Part shown: piece by piece, positions 47,909 through 57,418 of the stretch | Position numbering within the stretch: the stretch's first letter is position 1 | Layout: each line of letters opens with the position of its first letter | Source: a virus | Taxonomy: Duplodnaviria > Heunggongvirae > Uroviricota > Caudoviricetes | Direction: 5' to 3' (one strand) | IMG/VR virus record: IMGVR_UViG_3300031760_000016 | Span: 43,455-107,454 of that record | DNA: 64,000 bases | Notes under the pieces: model-generated | Seen by the model: the letters and a program-made list of their open reading frames with translations, nothing else | What the model was told of the DNA's origin: nothing | Database searches by the model: none | Position numbers and translations under genes: made by a program

Positions 47909-48577
47909 TCAGTATGTAACCTCGATGACGGTGGTGGCGTTGGCAACCTGAATGGCCGCGTCCACCCTGGACTCAAAGTCCGTGATTTCCTTTTCCAGAG
48001 CCAGAATGACCTCGTGGATGCCCAGCGGGTCGACCAGCTCCAGCTCGTGATTGCGCTTGTACTCCTCGATGCCGCTGTTGTACGCGGCAGCGTCAGCCTT
48101 CTCCTTGGAACCGTACAGGCTGTTCATGGCGTTCTCGGCGCGGTCGTTGAGCTCCTTGCCGTTGGCGCGTTCGATTGCTGCAACCGCCTTGGAATACAAA
48201 ACCGTATACAGCCGCAGAAGCTCACGCTTTTCTTCCGTGCCGTGGTGCATCATCCATATAGCCTGTGCGATGGAATAATCCTTGCCGGCCACGGTGATGA
48301 TCTTCTCGGCGTTGTAGTGGTTGATCGCCGATTTGATGGCCGCCTGCCTGCGGATCAGGTCTGTGGCGGACTGGTGGGAGCTGATCGCCCGATCCTTGAA
48401 TTCCGCCATCGTCATGCTGTTCACCTTCTGGGAACTGTGTTCCTTGGTTGCGACGGGCACGCAGTTGTTGATGGCACTGTCGATGCGCTTACCGAGCGTT
48501 TTCAGCTCGCACAGCGCTTCATGCACCGTCATGGTTTCGCGGACATTGGATTCCATTTCAACACCTCTCATAGTCAT
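47909..48577 (-). CDS. Hypothetical protein
   Basis: 222 aa. Preceded by repeat element A. Confidence 0.45.
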   Translation of the reverse strand: MTMRGVEMESNVRETMTVHEALCELKTLGKRIDSAINNCVPVATKEHSSQKVNSMTMAEFKDRAISSHQSATDLIRRQAAIKSAINHYNAEKIITVAGKDYSIAQAIWMMHHGTEEKRELLRLYTVLYSKAVAAIERANGKELNDRAENAMNSLYGSKEKADAAAYNSGIEEYKRNHELELVDPLGIHEVILALEKEITDFESRVDAAIQVANATTVIEVTY

Positions 48578-48746
48578 TATTGATTGGGTTTGGTTTCACA
48601 ACCTGAATAGCTCTGAGGCAGGGTTTTACCAGGATCTGCGATCCGGATACCTGAAGTGCGCCGGAGCTTGTATCACATGAACTCGAACTTGTCAAGTCCT
48701 GTGAAGGATTTCTTGTCAGGATGACCATTAAGATTTGCGCTCTGAT

Positions 48747-48950
48747 GGAGCTTGGATTGCGAAATCTTCACTTGGTCGGAGCTGGGTACGGGGTCGCACG
48801 GCTGCAGTGATCTGCATGCGGCGTGCCCGCTGCTCGCCGAACTCTGGCGCCGTCGGTGCCCGTCGTCATCTCGGGTCCCTCCGTCGTCCCGACAATTTGT
48901 TACTCTGGATATGATCGCAGAGCACTCGCAAAGAGTAATGCGTTGTGAAA
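48747..48950 (-). repeat. Non-coding element A (paralog of element B upstream of the RT)
   Basis: Shares ggagcttggat at one end and tcccgacaatttgttactcYggatRtgatcRcagagca at the other with 53263..53450. The interior has diverged. Confidence 0.6.
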
Positions 48951-49475
48951 CGATAGTTTTGTTGTCTCCTTGCATAAATATAGAATCTGACAGCACCCCT
49001 GAAACAGCGGATGTCTCCGGCGTTTCAGCTATGCTCTAAACGCAGAATTTCGATTTTACCTTGACTTTACATTGAAAAACCTCCTTCGCTGAGTCGAAAA
49101 GCTGGCCTGTCGCGGCACCTGCACAGCGGAACATTCTTGAGTGATGAATGCGGAGCTGTGTACATCAGGGAGGTTAAAAGGAACCGTAGGTTCCTTTGAA
49201 AACCCTGACTATGCGTCACTCCGGTGAAGCACGCAGAGCTGCGTCTCAGAGGATATGTACTGATCCGCAAATGTTCGTGCCGCGACCTGCCGTGTCTGTC
49301 ATCTGCGTTTACCAGGGCTTTGAACCTGCTGCATTGTCCCGGGAATGCAGGCCGCATTACAGATTGCGGATGGGGAAGGGGAAAACCATCCGCAAAATGC
49401 CAGCTGGTCTGGAAACCTGATCACACGCCAGATGGAACGCTGTGAAGGCTTGGCGCATGTACCAGGGTGGAAAAG

Positions 49476-49943
49476 TCAGTCGTTGAGCAAGGCGATGCAC
49501 CTGTCAACAATCTCACGGGTCAGGCCGGTATTGAAATCCGTCTTGACCAGATGCTCCATGTGATCGCCCATATCGGAATCGTCGTCGAGTATGACATAGC
49601 GTTCTGTGTTGGGGTGGCGACTGAACCATGCGGTAATGTCGTCGCCGCGCTCGCTTCCGACATAAGGCGTTTGATCCGCCACCTCGATGCCGTGATGATG
49701 AAGCTGAGTGATCAGGTTGTCATATGCCGTAGGAATTCTGCGCCATGCGGATGAGATGACGATCCTCGCGCCGGTCTCATCCACCAACAGCTTGAGCAGG
49801 CGGAGCGCCCGGTCTTCCAACAGATCCTCTGCGTAGACCCGGACGCCCTCCTCTTTATACATTCTCTGTGCCCAGGTGCCGTTGTTCAAAACGCCATCGA
49901 CATCCAGGAAGATAACTTTTTCCAAACCCTCCAGTGGGATCAC
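49476..49943 (-). CDS. HAD-superfamily phosphatase-like protein
   Basis: 155 aa. VIFLDVDGVLNNG (HAD motif I DxDGT/V), then ISSAWR and ILDDDSD blocks. Confidence 0.5.
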   Translation of the reverse strand: MIPLEGLEKVIFLDVDGVLNNGTWAQRMYKEEGVRVYAEDLLEDRALRLLKLLVDETGARIVISSAWRRIPTAYDNLITQLHHHGIEVADQTPYVGSERGDDITAWFSRHPNTERYVILDDDSDMGDHMEHLVKTDFNTGLTREIVDRCIALLND

Positions 49944-50135
49944 CCCTTGATGCCGTACTTTTCGCAGTACGCTTCAATGAACTTGATCATTTCCTCTTCC
50001 TCGGGGAAGAAGGGGTCGCGGCCGTTTGCCGCCATTTCGCCGAGGGCGTTCGACATGAGCTGCCCGAATCGCCAGTCGGGCAGCCTCCTCCACGCCTTTG
50101 CCAGGCGGTTGCAGAACGCCTGAATGCGATCGGGA

Positions 50136-50546
50136 TCACGCACGGATCTCAACCCCTTTCACATACTCGGTGCTGACCTTCAGCACGATCGGAATCTCGT
50201 AGACGCCGGCGGGAATGTTGATGATCGCGGGAGCCACAGCGGCAGTGTCGTCATGCTCCACAACGGCCTCCGGACGGCTCTCAGCGGCTGCCTGAGCGGC
50301 CGCAATCTCGTTCGCAGCTTCTTCCTTGGCAACGGATTCGACCGCCTCAGCGGCCTCCTGAGCGGCCTGAGCGGCAGCGATTTCACGCTGCATCTTTTCT
50401 TCTGCGTGAAGCTTGGTGAAGAAGTTGTAGATTGTGGTCGGCGCATAACCCAGAGCTACTGCGATCTGCTTGACGGTCGCACCGCGCTTGCGCATTTCCA
50501 GGATCATGGTGGCGTCGTTCTTGATACCGTTGTACTTGCAATTCAT
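50136..50546 (-). CDS. HTH DNA-binding protein
   Basis: 136 aa. RGATVKQIAVALGYAPTTIYNF is a helix-turn-helix; Ala/Glu-rich linker. Confidence 0.45.
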   Translation of the reverse strand: MNCKYNGIKNDATMILEMRKRGATVKQIAVALGYAPTTIYNFFTKLHAEEKMQREIAAAQAAQEAAEAVESVAKEEAANEIAAAQAAAESRPEAVVEHDDTAAVAPAIINIPAGVYEIPIVLKVSTEYVKGVEIRA

Positions 50547-51489
50547 ATTATGTACCTCCTACATATTCAATAGTGTTGGTGTGGATTTGGATTACATCAG
50601 AAACCCGGCGGTAACGAAAACCTCGTTGCCGCCGGAAACGCCGGTGATGTGCTCGCCGGTGAACTGGAATACCGCCTGATCCAGTTCCTCAAGGGAACCG
50701 ATGTCGTCGCCGCTGCCCAGCGGCATGGTGACGAAGTAGTGACGGTCGCAGAGAAACAGGATGAACTGGTTCGTGGTCGCTTCCAGGACGCCACAGTAGG
50801 ACTCGGTGCGGAACGAGCGCACTTTGTCAAATCCCATGCCGTTGACCGGGATCAAAAGCCGCTTAACCTCTACCATGCATATCCCCTCCTTGAACTGCTC
50901 TGAAATGGTCGGTCCTCATTGTGGAAAAGTAGCGAAAACCCGAGAAGCTGGTCTGGTCGGTCACGAAGAAGTCCCCGAGCTCAATACCTGAGCTGTCGCG
51001 GAACAGCGTATCGGAATCGATCCAGAAACGCTTTCCGATGGAGACCTGCTTCGGAAACGTGGGGCGGGCCAGAACGCATTCGACTTCAATCACTTTTACC
51101 TCCTTATAAAGTGTCGGTTATTGCCATCACCCGCAGATTTTGCCGGTGACGATGTCCACGTCAAAGCTGTCGCAGTGGCCGTCCAGATCCGGAATGGACG
51201 CGACCACCGAGACGACCTTGTGGAATTTGTTCCACGTTTCAGACTGATGCATGACGGGCTTCTGCGCCATGACATGCCATTCACGCACCGCGCCCTCCTT
51301 CAGGACGATCGCTCTGACGGATTCAGTGACGCTGCGCGGCAGTTTCCTTTTGCGCACTCTGTTCAGCCTCCTCGCTAATGTACTCGTGGTAATCGGATTC
51401 GGACGCGAAGAGCATCTTCATCCCGTTGGGAAGAAACCCGATGTAACCGGTGTCCGTCCAGAAACCCTTCATAGAGCACCTCCGTAAGT

Positions 51490-51690
51490 TCACACCCAGC
51501 GGCGGTTCACAGCGCCGCAGTACGGGCAGGGGATGATGGCGTAATCGCCTTCGTACTTGAGCCATTTGTAATCCACGGCGAAGATGCACTTGCACCGCAT
51601 GCAGCCGATCTCGGTCAGATCGGCTTCCTCGACCACGTAGTGCTTGGTGAAGTATTTGCTGCGCGGCCGTTCCGATTCAGGTTTTGCCAT
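51490..51690 (-). CDS. Small zinc-ribbon protein
   Basis: 66 aa, CMRCKC...CPYCG. Confidence 0.35.
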   Translation of the reverse strand: MAKPESERPRSKYFTKHYVVEEADLTEIGCMRCKCIFAVDYKWLKYEGDYAIIPCPYCGAVNRRWV

Positions 51691-51956
51691 TGCGCCCCTC
51701 CAGGATTTCGTTGTGCTTCGGCTTGATGACGCGCCACGCCATCAGCGTGTCCTCGATCCCGTCGTAAAGCTCTCCGTAGTCGGAACCGTAGATGATCGCG
51801 GCGTCGGCGTCCTCATAACGCTCATCATTGGCGATGGAAATGTCACGCTCCTCAAGAAAATCCTCGAAGATGTCAATGACCTGCCCGATGAATTCGTGCA
51901 GGTCACTTTCGCTCTGAATGCAATTCTTTGCCAAATCGATTCCCTCCCATCGGCGT

Positions 51957-53102
51957 TCAGGACTGTTCCTCAGATCTCAGCACGCTGCGGATCATCTTCA
52001 TGACGTTGACCCCGTGCTTTTCGTTAAACCACTTGATGAACTCCTCGACGTACTTCTTTTCGACCATCTTGTAGTAGCTGATCTGGCCGGAAAGCACATA
52101 GACGTCGTGGATATCCCACTTATCACCGCTCTGGTAATCCCTTATGAAGCTGGTGAGCGCCGCCTTGAGCTGGAGCTTCTTCTTGCGGCCGATGGTGATC
52201 TGATTGTCCCTGTTGAGCATGACGCCCAGATTCCAGTTCCTTCCGGCGCTGGATCCGTAGCGCGTCTTTTCGTCCTTCAGCTGGAACGGGGCGTTGAAGC
52301 TTGCCAGAACGGAATTGATATAGTCGCACATCTCCTTCGGATCGAAATCCTGCCTGTGCGAAAGCTGGATGTCATCGGCATACCGGGTGTAGACAAAACC
52401 CTTCTTGACCACGTCATTCATGATGCGGTGGTCGATGGGAACCATCATCAGGTTTGTCAGGGTGGGGGAGATCGGCGTTCCCTGCGGAAGCCCGCCGTCG
52501 AGGAAACACAGGCTCAGGGCTTTGGCAAGTTCATCCCTGCCGCCGGGAGCTTTGACGACTTCGCTGAACGGGAAGATGCGGGAAACCATATCGAACAGGA
52601 ATTCCTCAGTGGTGCTGCCGAAGAAATTGGAGAAATCCGTTTTCAGGAACCACCGGCTTTTGTTCTGCTGGTGGCGCTTGATGGCGTCGATGGTACTGCG
52701 CCCCTTGACGTAGGCGAAAGCCGCCGTGTGATACAGCGCACCGAAGTTGTTTTCCAGAATCGTGCGGAGCGTGCGCAGAGCGCCCATCAGTTCCGGCAGC
52801 GGTTCATCGATCTTGCGGTAACCCTTGGTGCGCTTGGGGATGTAAAACGTGTGGTAGAGCGAATGGCGATCCTTTTCAAACAGAAAAGCATAGGACGTAT
52901 TGAACGTGTGCAGAAGGCTGATGAGACCGGGGACGTTGAGATTGCGGGTGTAAGCCGGGCTGACCCAGTTCACCAGATGAGTCACCGTGCCGGTGATCTG
53001 GTGCTTGGGCGTGTCCCAGCCAAGCGGAACCCTGCCGAGAAGCACATCCTCAAACGAAAGCTGATGTGTTCTCGGCGTTTGCATGACGGTGATGTACGGC
53101 AT
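51957..53102 (-). CDS. Reverse transcriptase (retron/defense-RT-like, no maturase or endonuclease domain)
   Basis: RT motifs FLKTDFSNFFGS (motif 2), GLPQGTPISPTLTNL (motif 4), VYTRYADDIQL (YADD, motif 5), NLGV...ITIGRKKK (motifs 6-7). Start set to the ATG at 53102 with AAAGGAG 6 nt upstream; the ORF-track TTG start is at 53129. Confidence 0.75.
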   Translation of the reverse strand: MPYITVMQTPRTHQLSFEDVLLGRVPLGWDTPKHQITGTVTHLVNWVSPAYTRNLNVPGLISLLHTFNTSYAFLFEKDRHSLYHTFYIPKRTKGYRKIDEPLPELMGALRTLRTILENNFGALYHTAAFAYVKGRSTIDAIKRHQQNKSRWFLKTDFSNFFGSTTEEFLFDMVSRIFPFSEVVKAPGGRDELAKALSLCFLDGGLPQGTPISPTLTNLMMVPIDHRIMNDVVKKGFVYTRYADDIQLSHRQDFDPKEMCDYINSVLASFNAPFQLKDEKTRYGSSAGRNWNLGVMLNRDNQITIGRKKKLQLKAALTSFIRDYQSGDKWDIHDVYVLSGQISYYKMVEKKYVEEFIKWFNEKHGVNVMKMIRSVLRSEEQS

Positions 53103-53262
53103 ACGAACTCCTTTCTGATTGATCTGCAATCTGAATGCAGTGCGCGGTCTTCAGGGTAACCAGGAAGAGCTGAGGGATGTGATGATTGGGAGTCGAAACC
53201 CTGCCTGCTGAATCTCGCCGACTGCTGATGTGTCGGGAAAATGCGATCTTTTTCGACCTGTT

Positions 53263-53450
53263 GGAGCTTGGATGACCTAGAAGTGGTGGCTTTCAAGCTC
53301 GGACCGGTCGTCGCCGGATCAGCACCTGGGAGGAGAGCTCGATCGGCCGCCTTCCGCCGGCTGCCGCGGGTCGCCCCGTCTTCCCGACAATTTGTTACTC
53401 CGGATGTGATCACAGAGCATTGGGAAACCCAATAATGCATTGCAGACTTG
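53263..53450 (-). repeat. Non-coding element B, within the structured leader upstream of the RT
   Basis: Paralog of element A. Followed on the minus strand by hairpins, e.g. GCCCGCC-GGAA-GGCGGGC at 53450-53467 and AUUGGG-UUU-CCCAAU. Confidence 0.6.
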
Positions 53451-53472
53451 CCCGCCTTCCGGCGGGCTTGAA

Positions 53473-54237
53473 TCACATTTGAATCATGGACCGGAACAGT
53501 TCCAGAAGACCTTCGTGCTCATGGGTTTTTGAGGTTTCCAGACACCAGATGTGCTCGCCGGAATCAATTTCGATCACAGGGGCGTCCGGCTTGATGCGAA
53601 TCATGGGGTGGATGAGAAACACATCCCGGCACAAACCATGTGTCATGGAGCCAAAGTTGTATATGAGGATATGCCCTGCGTCCGAAACCCCGGTTCGAGT
53701 CATGATGTTCGAGTGGGGAACTTCGCCGATGGCCTGACTGAGCGCCGGGAGATACTCACCGTCCGGAACCTCGGGTACATCCACAAGCTCAGACTCGCTG
53801 GGGATCGAAACCTTGCAGGTGACCGTCTGCGCCCTGCCAAATTCCTTAATACTTCCGGGCGGAACGGCGATCGGAACCTCTCGGTCGATCAGCATGGCCA
53901 GCTCTTCGTCGTCAAAGAAGGTAAGGAAGCCGTCATACACGCCGTCCGGGCATCTGTCATACTGATGCATCGGAGTGTATGTAAAATCCTTGCCGCCGTT
54001 CAGCCACTGGAAGAGGTTGGAATGGGGAAAGTAGTTGTTGCCATAAGCGCGTTTTGCGGAAGACGGGCTTTCGAATTCGCGCCTGTCGAAGGAACGCCTG
54101 CCGACAGACCTCATGGCGAAAAGGTCATTGGAATCGGAAACCTTTTTCCAGAGAATGTCATCGTTGTTATCACCCAGATTGACGCCGATGTTCAGCTTGG
54201 TTCCCAGCGGCAGTTCACTGATCGTCAATATGCTCAC
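53473..54237 (-). CDS. Hypothetical protein
   Basis: 254 aa, no recognisable motif. Lies between the E1-like gene and the RT leader. Confidence 0.45.
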   Translation of the reverse strand: MSILTISELPLGTKLNIGVNLGDNNDDILWKKVSDSNDLFAMRSVGRRSFDRREFESPSSAKRAYGNNYFPHSNLFQWLNGGKDFTYTPMHQYDRCPDGVYDGFLTFFDDEELAMLIDREVPIAVPPGSIKEFGRAQTVTCKVSIPSESELVDVPEVPDGEYLPALSQAIGEVPHSNIMTRTGVSDAGHILIYNFGSMTHGLCRDVFLIHPMIRIKPDAPVIEIDSGEHIWCLETSKTHEHEGLLELFRSMIQM

Positions 54238-54259
54238 CTCCTTCGAGAATCGGGATTGA

Positions 54260-54955
54260 TCAGAACGCGTCCAGCTGGTAGGTGAAGGCGTCCAACAGGA
54301 TCAGCTTCTTGATGCCGTTGCCCTTGGCAAAGTTAATGAAGTTGGAAACCCCCAGCGCCACGATCGCCTTGACCGTGGAGCAGACGGACAGGGTCAGGTT
54401 GCAGGCGGAAACCGGCGTTTCGGCCTTGGCTTCATCGTGGGTGAACTGCATCGAGTTCAGAAACGCTTCCACCATCCTGCGATCCTCCCAGTTGGCGGCG
54501 TAATGCTGGGCGTCGGTCAGCCGCATCCGGAAGTCGAACATGCCCTTGATGAACAGGTTGTCCTTGTTGGCGGTGGCGATCTCGCGGCGCAGATCGATGT
54601 TGTCCACGCAGAGGAACACATAGCCGCTCAGCTTCTGGCCGACATAGCCCTTCTCAACCAGTTTCAAATCCCGGTCGATATCGGGATTTATCTTGTGCAG
54701 ATACTCGGCCAGCGCCTGAACCTTGGTCTTGCCGATGTCTTCCTGAGTGAACAGCTGGTTGGCAATGTTGTGGGGCTCGACGAAATCGAAGTCGTACAGG
54801 GTGATGCGGGTGACGCCGTAGCGCACCAGATTCTCAGCGACCGTGGAGCCGATCGCGCCGCAGCCGATGATGTGGATGCGCTCAGGGCACTTTTCAGGCT
54901 GGAAAAACTCGTAGCTCTTTGCCAAATCGATCATGAATTCAATCCTCCCTGTCAA
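54260..54955 (-). CDS. ThiF/MoeB/E1-like adenylyltransferase
   Basis: 231 aa. IHIIGCGAIGSTVAENLVRYGVTRITLYDFDFVEPHNIANQ is the Rossmann GxGxxG plus the D.D.VE.SNLNRQ ThiF signature. Confidence 0.7.
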   Translation of the reverse strand: MTGRIEFMIDLAKSYEFFQPEKCPERIHIIGCGAIGSTVAENLVRYGVTRITLYDFDFVEPHNIANQLFTQEDIGKTKVQALAEYLHKINPDIDRDLKLVEKGYVGQKLSGYVFLCVDNIDLRREIATANKDNLFIKGMFDFRMRLTDAQHYAANWEDRRMVEAFLNSMQFTHDEAKAETPVSACNLTLSVCSTVKAIVALGVSNFINFAKGNGIKKLILLDAFTYQLDAF

Positions 54956-55856
54956 ATCCGATCTTGGACTTCTTGCCGAAGATCATTTCGTCGTAGTCGG
55001 TCTCATCGTCCAGATAGAGGCCGGGGTACTGGCCGCTGCCGCCGAAATCCTTTTTCTGCTTGGATTTGGATTTCTTGCTGGTCGGGTAGTTCGGTACATT
55101 CGTACGGGGATAGTCATATCCGCCATAGTTACCATAGACGCCGTAGTTGCCAGAGCCATAGTTGTACGCGGAGTTGATCGAAGCGACATTCCCGGTGGTC
55201 TTGGCGGCCGGCGTGCTGACCTTGACCACGTCCTTGGCGTCGCTCAGGAACGCATCGAAATCGCAATCCTCATCGTAGATTCCGATGTCGACGTCCTTGT
55301 CCTCATACAGGGTGTTGTTCTTCAGGTCGTAAACCTTGATGTTGCGCTCGTTGCGCTTGTTGAAGATGCCGAAGATGTAGAATGCGTCCTCAGCGACCTG
55401 AGCCAGAATGCTTTCCCGGTGCTGATCGTCCACAGCGGACGGGCTGGTGGCCATGTTGACGTGGGAATGCCCATGGAATCGGATCGCGTTCGCGGTATCG
55501 TCATCCATCTCCATGAGCCACTTGGTGTAGCCTTCGAAATCCGTGTTGACCGTCGTCCCGGTCACCACCTGAGGGTAAACCATGATGTCGTGAATGACGA
55601 AGCAGTCGTCGGCCAGGCGCTCCACGGTGCCATGCCAGCCAACCTCGCTGGTAAAGCTGTCGACCAGCGTCTTCATCTTGATATAAGCCCGGGGCGTAAA
55701 CAGAACGGAAACCCCGGTGTCATCCGCGCCCTGATAGGTGAAGTTCTTCTTGTAGTTGATGCTGCCGTCGCTCATGCGGTGCTTGCGCAGCATCTCGTTG
55801 AACTCCTGGGTCATCTGGGCGATCAGTGCCTCAGTGAACTTGATCGGCTTGGACAT
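54939..55856 (-). CDS. JAB/MPN(+) metalloprotease-like protein with Gly/Tyr/Asn-rich low-complexity tail
   Basis: 305 aa. HSHVNMATSPSAVD fits the JAMM zinc motif HxHx7Sx2D. C-terminal region GNYGVYGNYGGYDY is low complexity. Confidence 0.6.
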   Translation of the reverse strand: MSKPIKFTEALIAQMTQEFNEMLRKHRMSDGSINYKKNFTYQGADDTGVSVLFTPRAYIKMKTLVDSFTSEVGWHGTVERLADDCFVIHDIMVYPQVVTGTTVNTDFEGYTKWLMEMDDDTANAIRFHGHSHVNMATSPSAVDDQHRESILAQVAEDAFYIFGIFNKRNERNIKVYDLKNNTLYEDKDVDIGIYDEDCDFDAFLSDAKDVVKVSTPAAKTTGNVASINSAYNYGSGNYGVYGNYGGYDYPRTNVPNYPTSKKSKSKQKKDFGGSGQYPGLYLDDETDYDEMIFGKKSKIGFDRED

Positions 55857-57337
55857 TATTCGTTGCCTCCTTCTGCATTCTCATTCGAATTGGGATCCTG
55901 AGCGTTCAGCCACTCGACGGCTTCCTGAGGGGAGACGTTCTTGCCGTCGGGAAGTTCGATAACCTTCTCAGACGTGGTGAACAGCTGGTCGAGGAACGGA
56001 CCGAAGGTGACGCCTTCGGCGATGTTGATGCTGCCGGCGGAAGCGATGCACTGCATGATCGCGCCGATCGGATCGCCATCGCGAAGTCTTTCCTCGATCA
56101 GCGGGCGATTATTCCCGATGCAGGAGTGCCGATTGAGATGGGTATTGGGAATATAGGAGTTATAATCATCGCCGAAGTAGTGGTTGCGCTCGGTGTCAAC
56201 CATGCCCCGCATATCGATGGCAAAGTAGGCACACATGCGAACCTTGAGGACGGGCTCATCGCTGAAGAGCGCATCCATGAGCTTGCGGCGAACGGCTTTC
56301 TCTCTGAAGAACGGACTGTAGTCGCGTTCATTCCAGATGTGGGAGAAGTTGTTATCAACGAACCGGGAATACATTTCCGGATCGAAATTTACGAGGTAGG
56401 TCTTGATGTGGAAATGGATCATCTGCTCGTACGTGTTGATGATTTCCACGGATTTGTTTCCGATGAAAAACTCTGCGAGCTCATTGGACTCGCAGCCCTG
56501 AGCAATGATGGCCTTCAGGCCGGTCTGGGTGATCCGATAATCTTCGAGCTGCTTGATCAGCCTGCGATAGTTTGCAATAATATCATCGATCTGTACGTTG
56601 GTGTTGTCGATGTCACGCTCAATGGACTGCAAGCGGGCACGATTAGCACGCTTTTCAAAACCGTTGAGCATGCTGCGGATGAGCGTTTCACGCAGGTTGA
56701 AGTTGTCAGCGATGGCAGCCATGGTTTCAATGAAACTCTGAGATCCTTTCTTCTGAAGCGATTCCAGAAGCGAAATCTCAATGGCTTCCAGGGGCTTGTC
56801 CTTGAAATACCAGGGCATGTAGCGGGGAATGAAGGACTGGATGGCGTGGTAACTCTTTATCGTCATCCGCTTCACGAAGATGTAGGAGAGCTTGACCTCG
56901 GGGACGATGAACACAACGGTCGTGATGCCGAGCTTTTCGAAATACTGCTCGACGTCTACCAGTTCCTCTGCGGAATTGAAACCCGTTCGATTGAGTCCCT
57001 TGAAATTCTTGCGGATGCAATCCAGAGCGAATTCCGGATCGTCGTTGTCAACGGACACGGCGTAGACCGTATCCGAACGGTTCCTGGAACCGAAGATGGC
57101 GTCGAAGATGCGGTAGAAGGGGTTGTTTTCGTAGTCGTACTTGGTGTAGCCAGCGCGGAGATTGCGGAACGTAACCCGGTTGTTGCCCAATTCGATGCGC
57201 TTGAGCAGAAGTGCCCGCAACACCGCTACAAAGGTCACATCTTCGCGATACAGGTCACCTCCGACGGACTCGAACAGATTGCCGGCGTGTTCGGAAGTGA
57301 GCATGAGCTCGCTGCTTCTGATGCACTGATTGAACAT
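55856..57337 (-). CDS. Hypothetical protein (493 aa)
   Basis: Long ORF with no recognised motif. Its start overlaps the stop of the JAB gene. Confidence 0.45.
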   Translation of the reverse strand: MFNQCIRSSELMLTSEHAGNLFESVGGDLYREDVTFVAVLRALLLKRIELGNNRVTFRNLRAGYTKYDYENNPFYRIFDAIFGSRNRSDTVYAVSVDNDDPEFALDCIRKNFKGLNRTGFNSAEELVDVEQYFEKLGITTVVFIVPEVKLSYIFVKRMTIKSYHAIQSFIPRYMPWYFKDKPLEAIEISLLESLQKKGSQSFIETMAAIADNFNLRETLIRSMLNGFEKRANRARLQSIERDIDNTNVQIDDIIANYRRLIKQLEDYRITQTGLKAIIAQGCESNELAEFFIGNKSVEIINTYEQMIHFHIKTYLVNFDPEMYSRFVDNNFSHIWNERDYSPFFREKAVRRKLMDALFSDEPVLKVRMCAYFAIDMRGMVDTERNHYFGDDYNSYIPNTHLNRHSCIGNNRPLIEERLRDGDPIGAIMQCIASAGSINIAEGVTFGPFLDQLFTTSEKVIELPDGKNVSPQEAVEWLNAQDPNSNENAEGGNE

Positions 57338-57418
57338 TTTTTGTCACCTCTGCTTCATTAAGAATGCCCCCGGAGACGAGTCCGGGGGCAGTGCGAATGG
57401 GAATCGAAACCAGATCCC

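Noticed and set aside
48747-53450. The RT plus elements A/B as a diversity-generating retroelement (TR/VR pair)
   Set aside because: Differences between A and B are not confined to adenine positions of one copy. Neither copy lies inside a protein-coding gene. No C-type-lectin or Ig-like target gene is adjacent to the RT.
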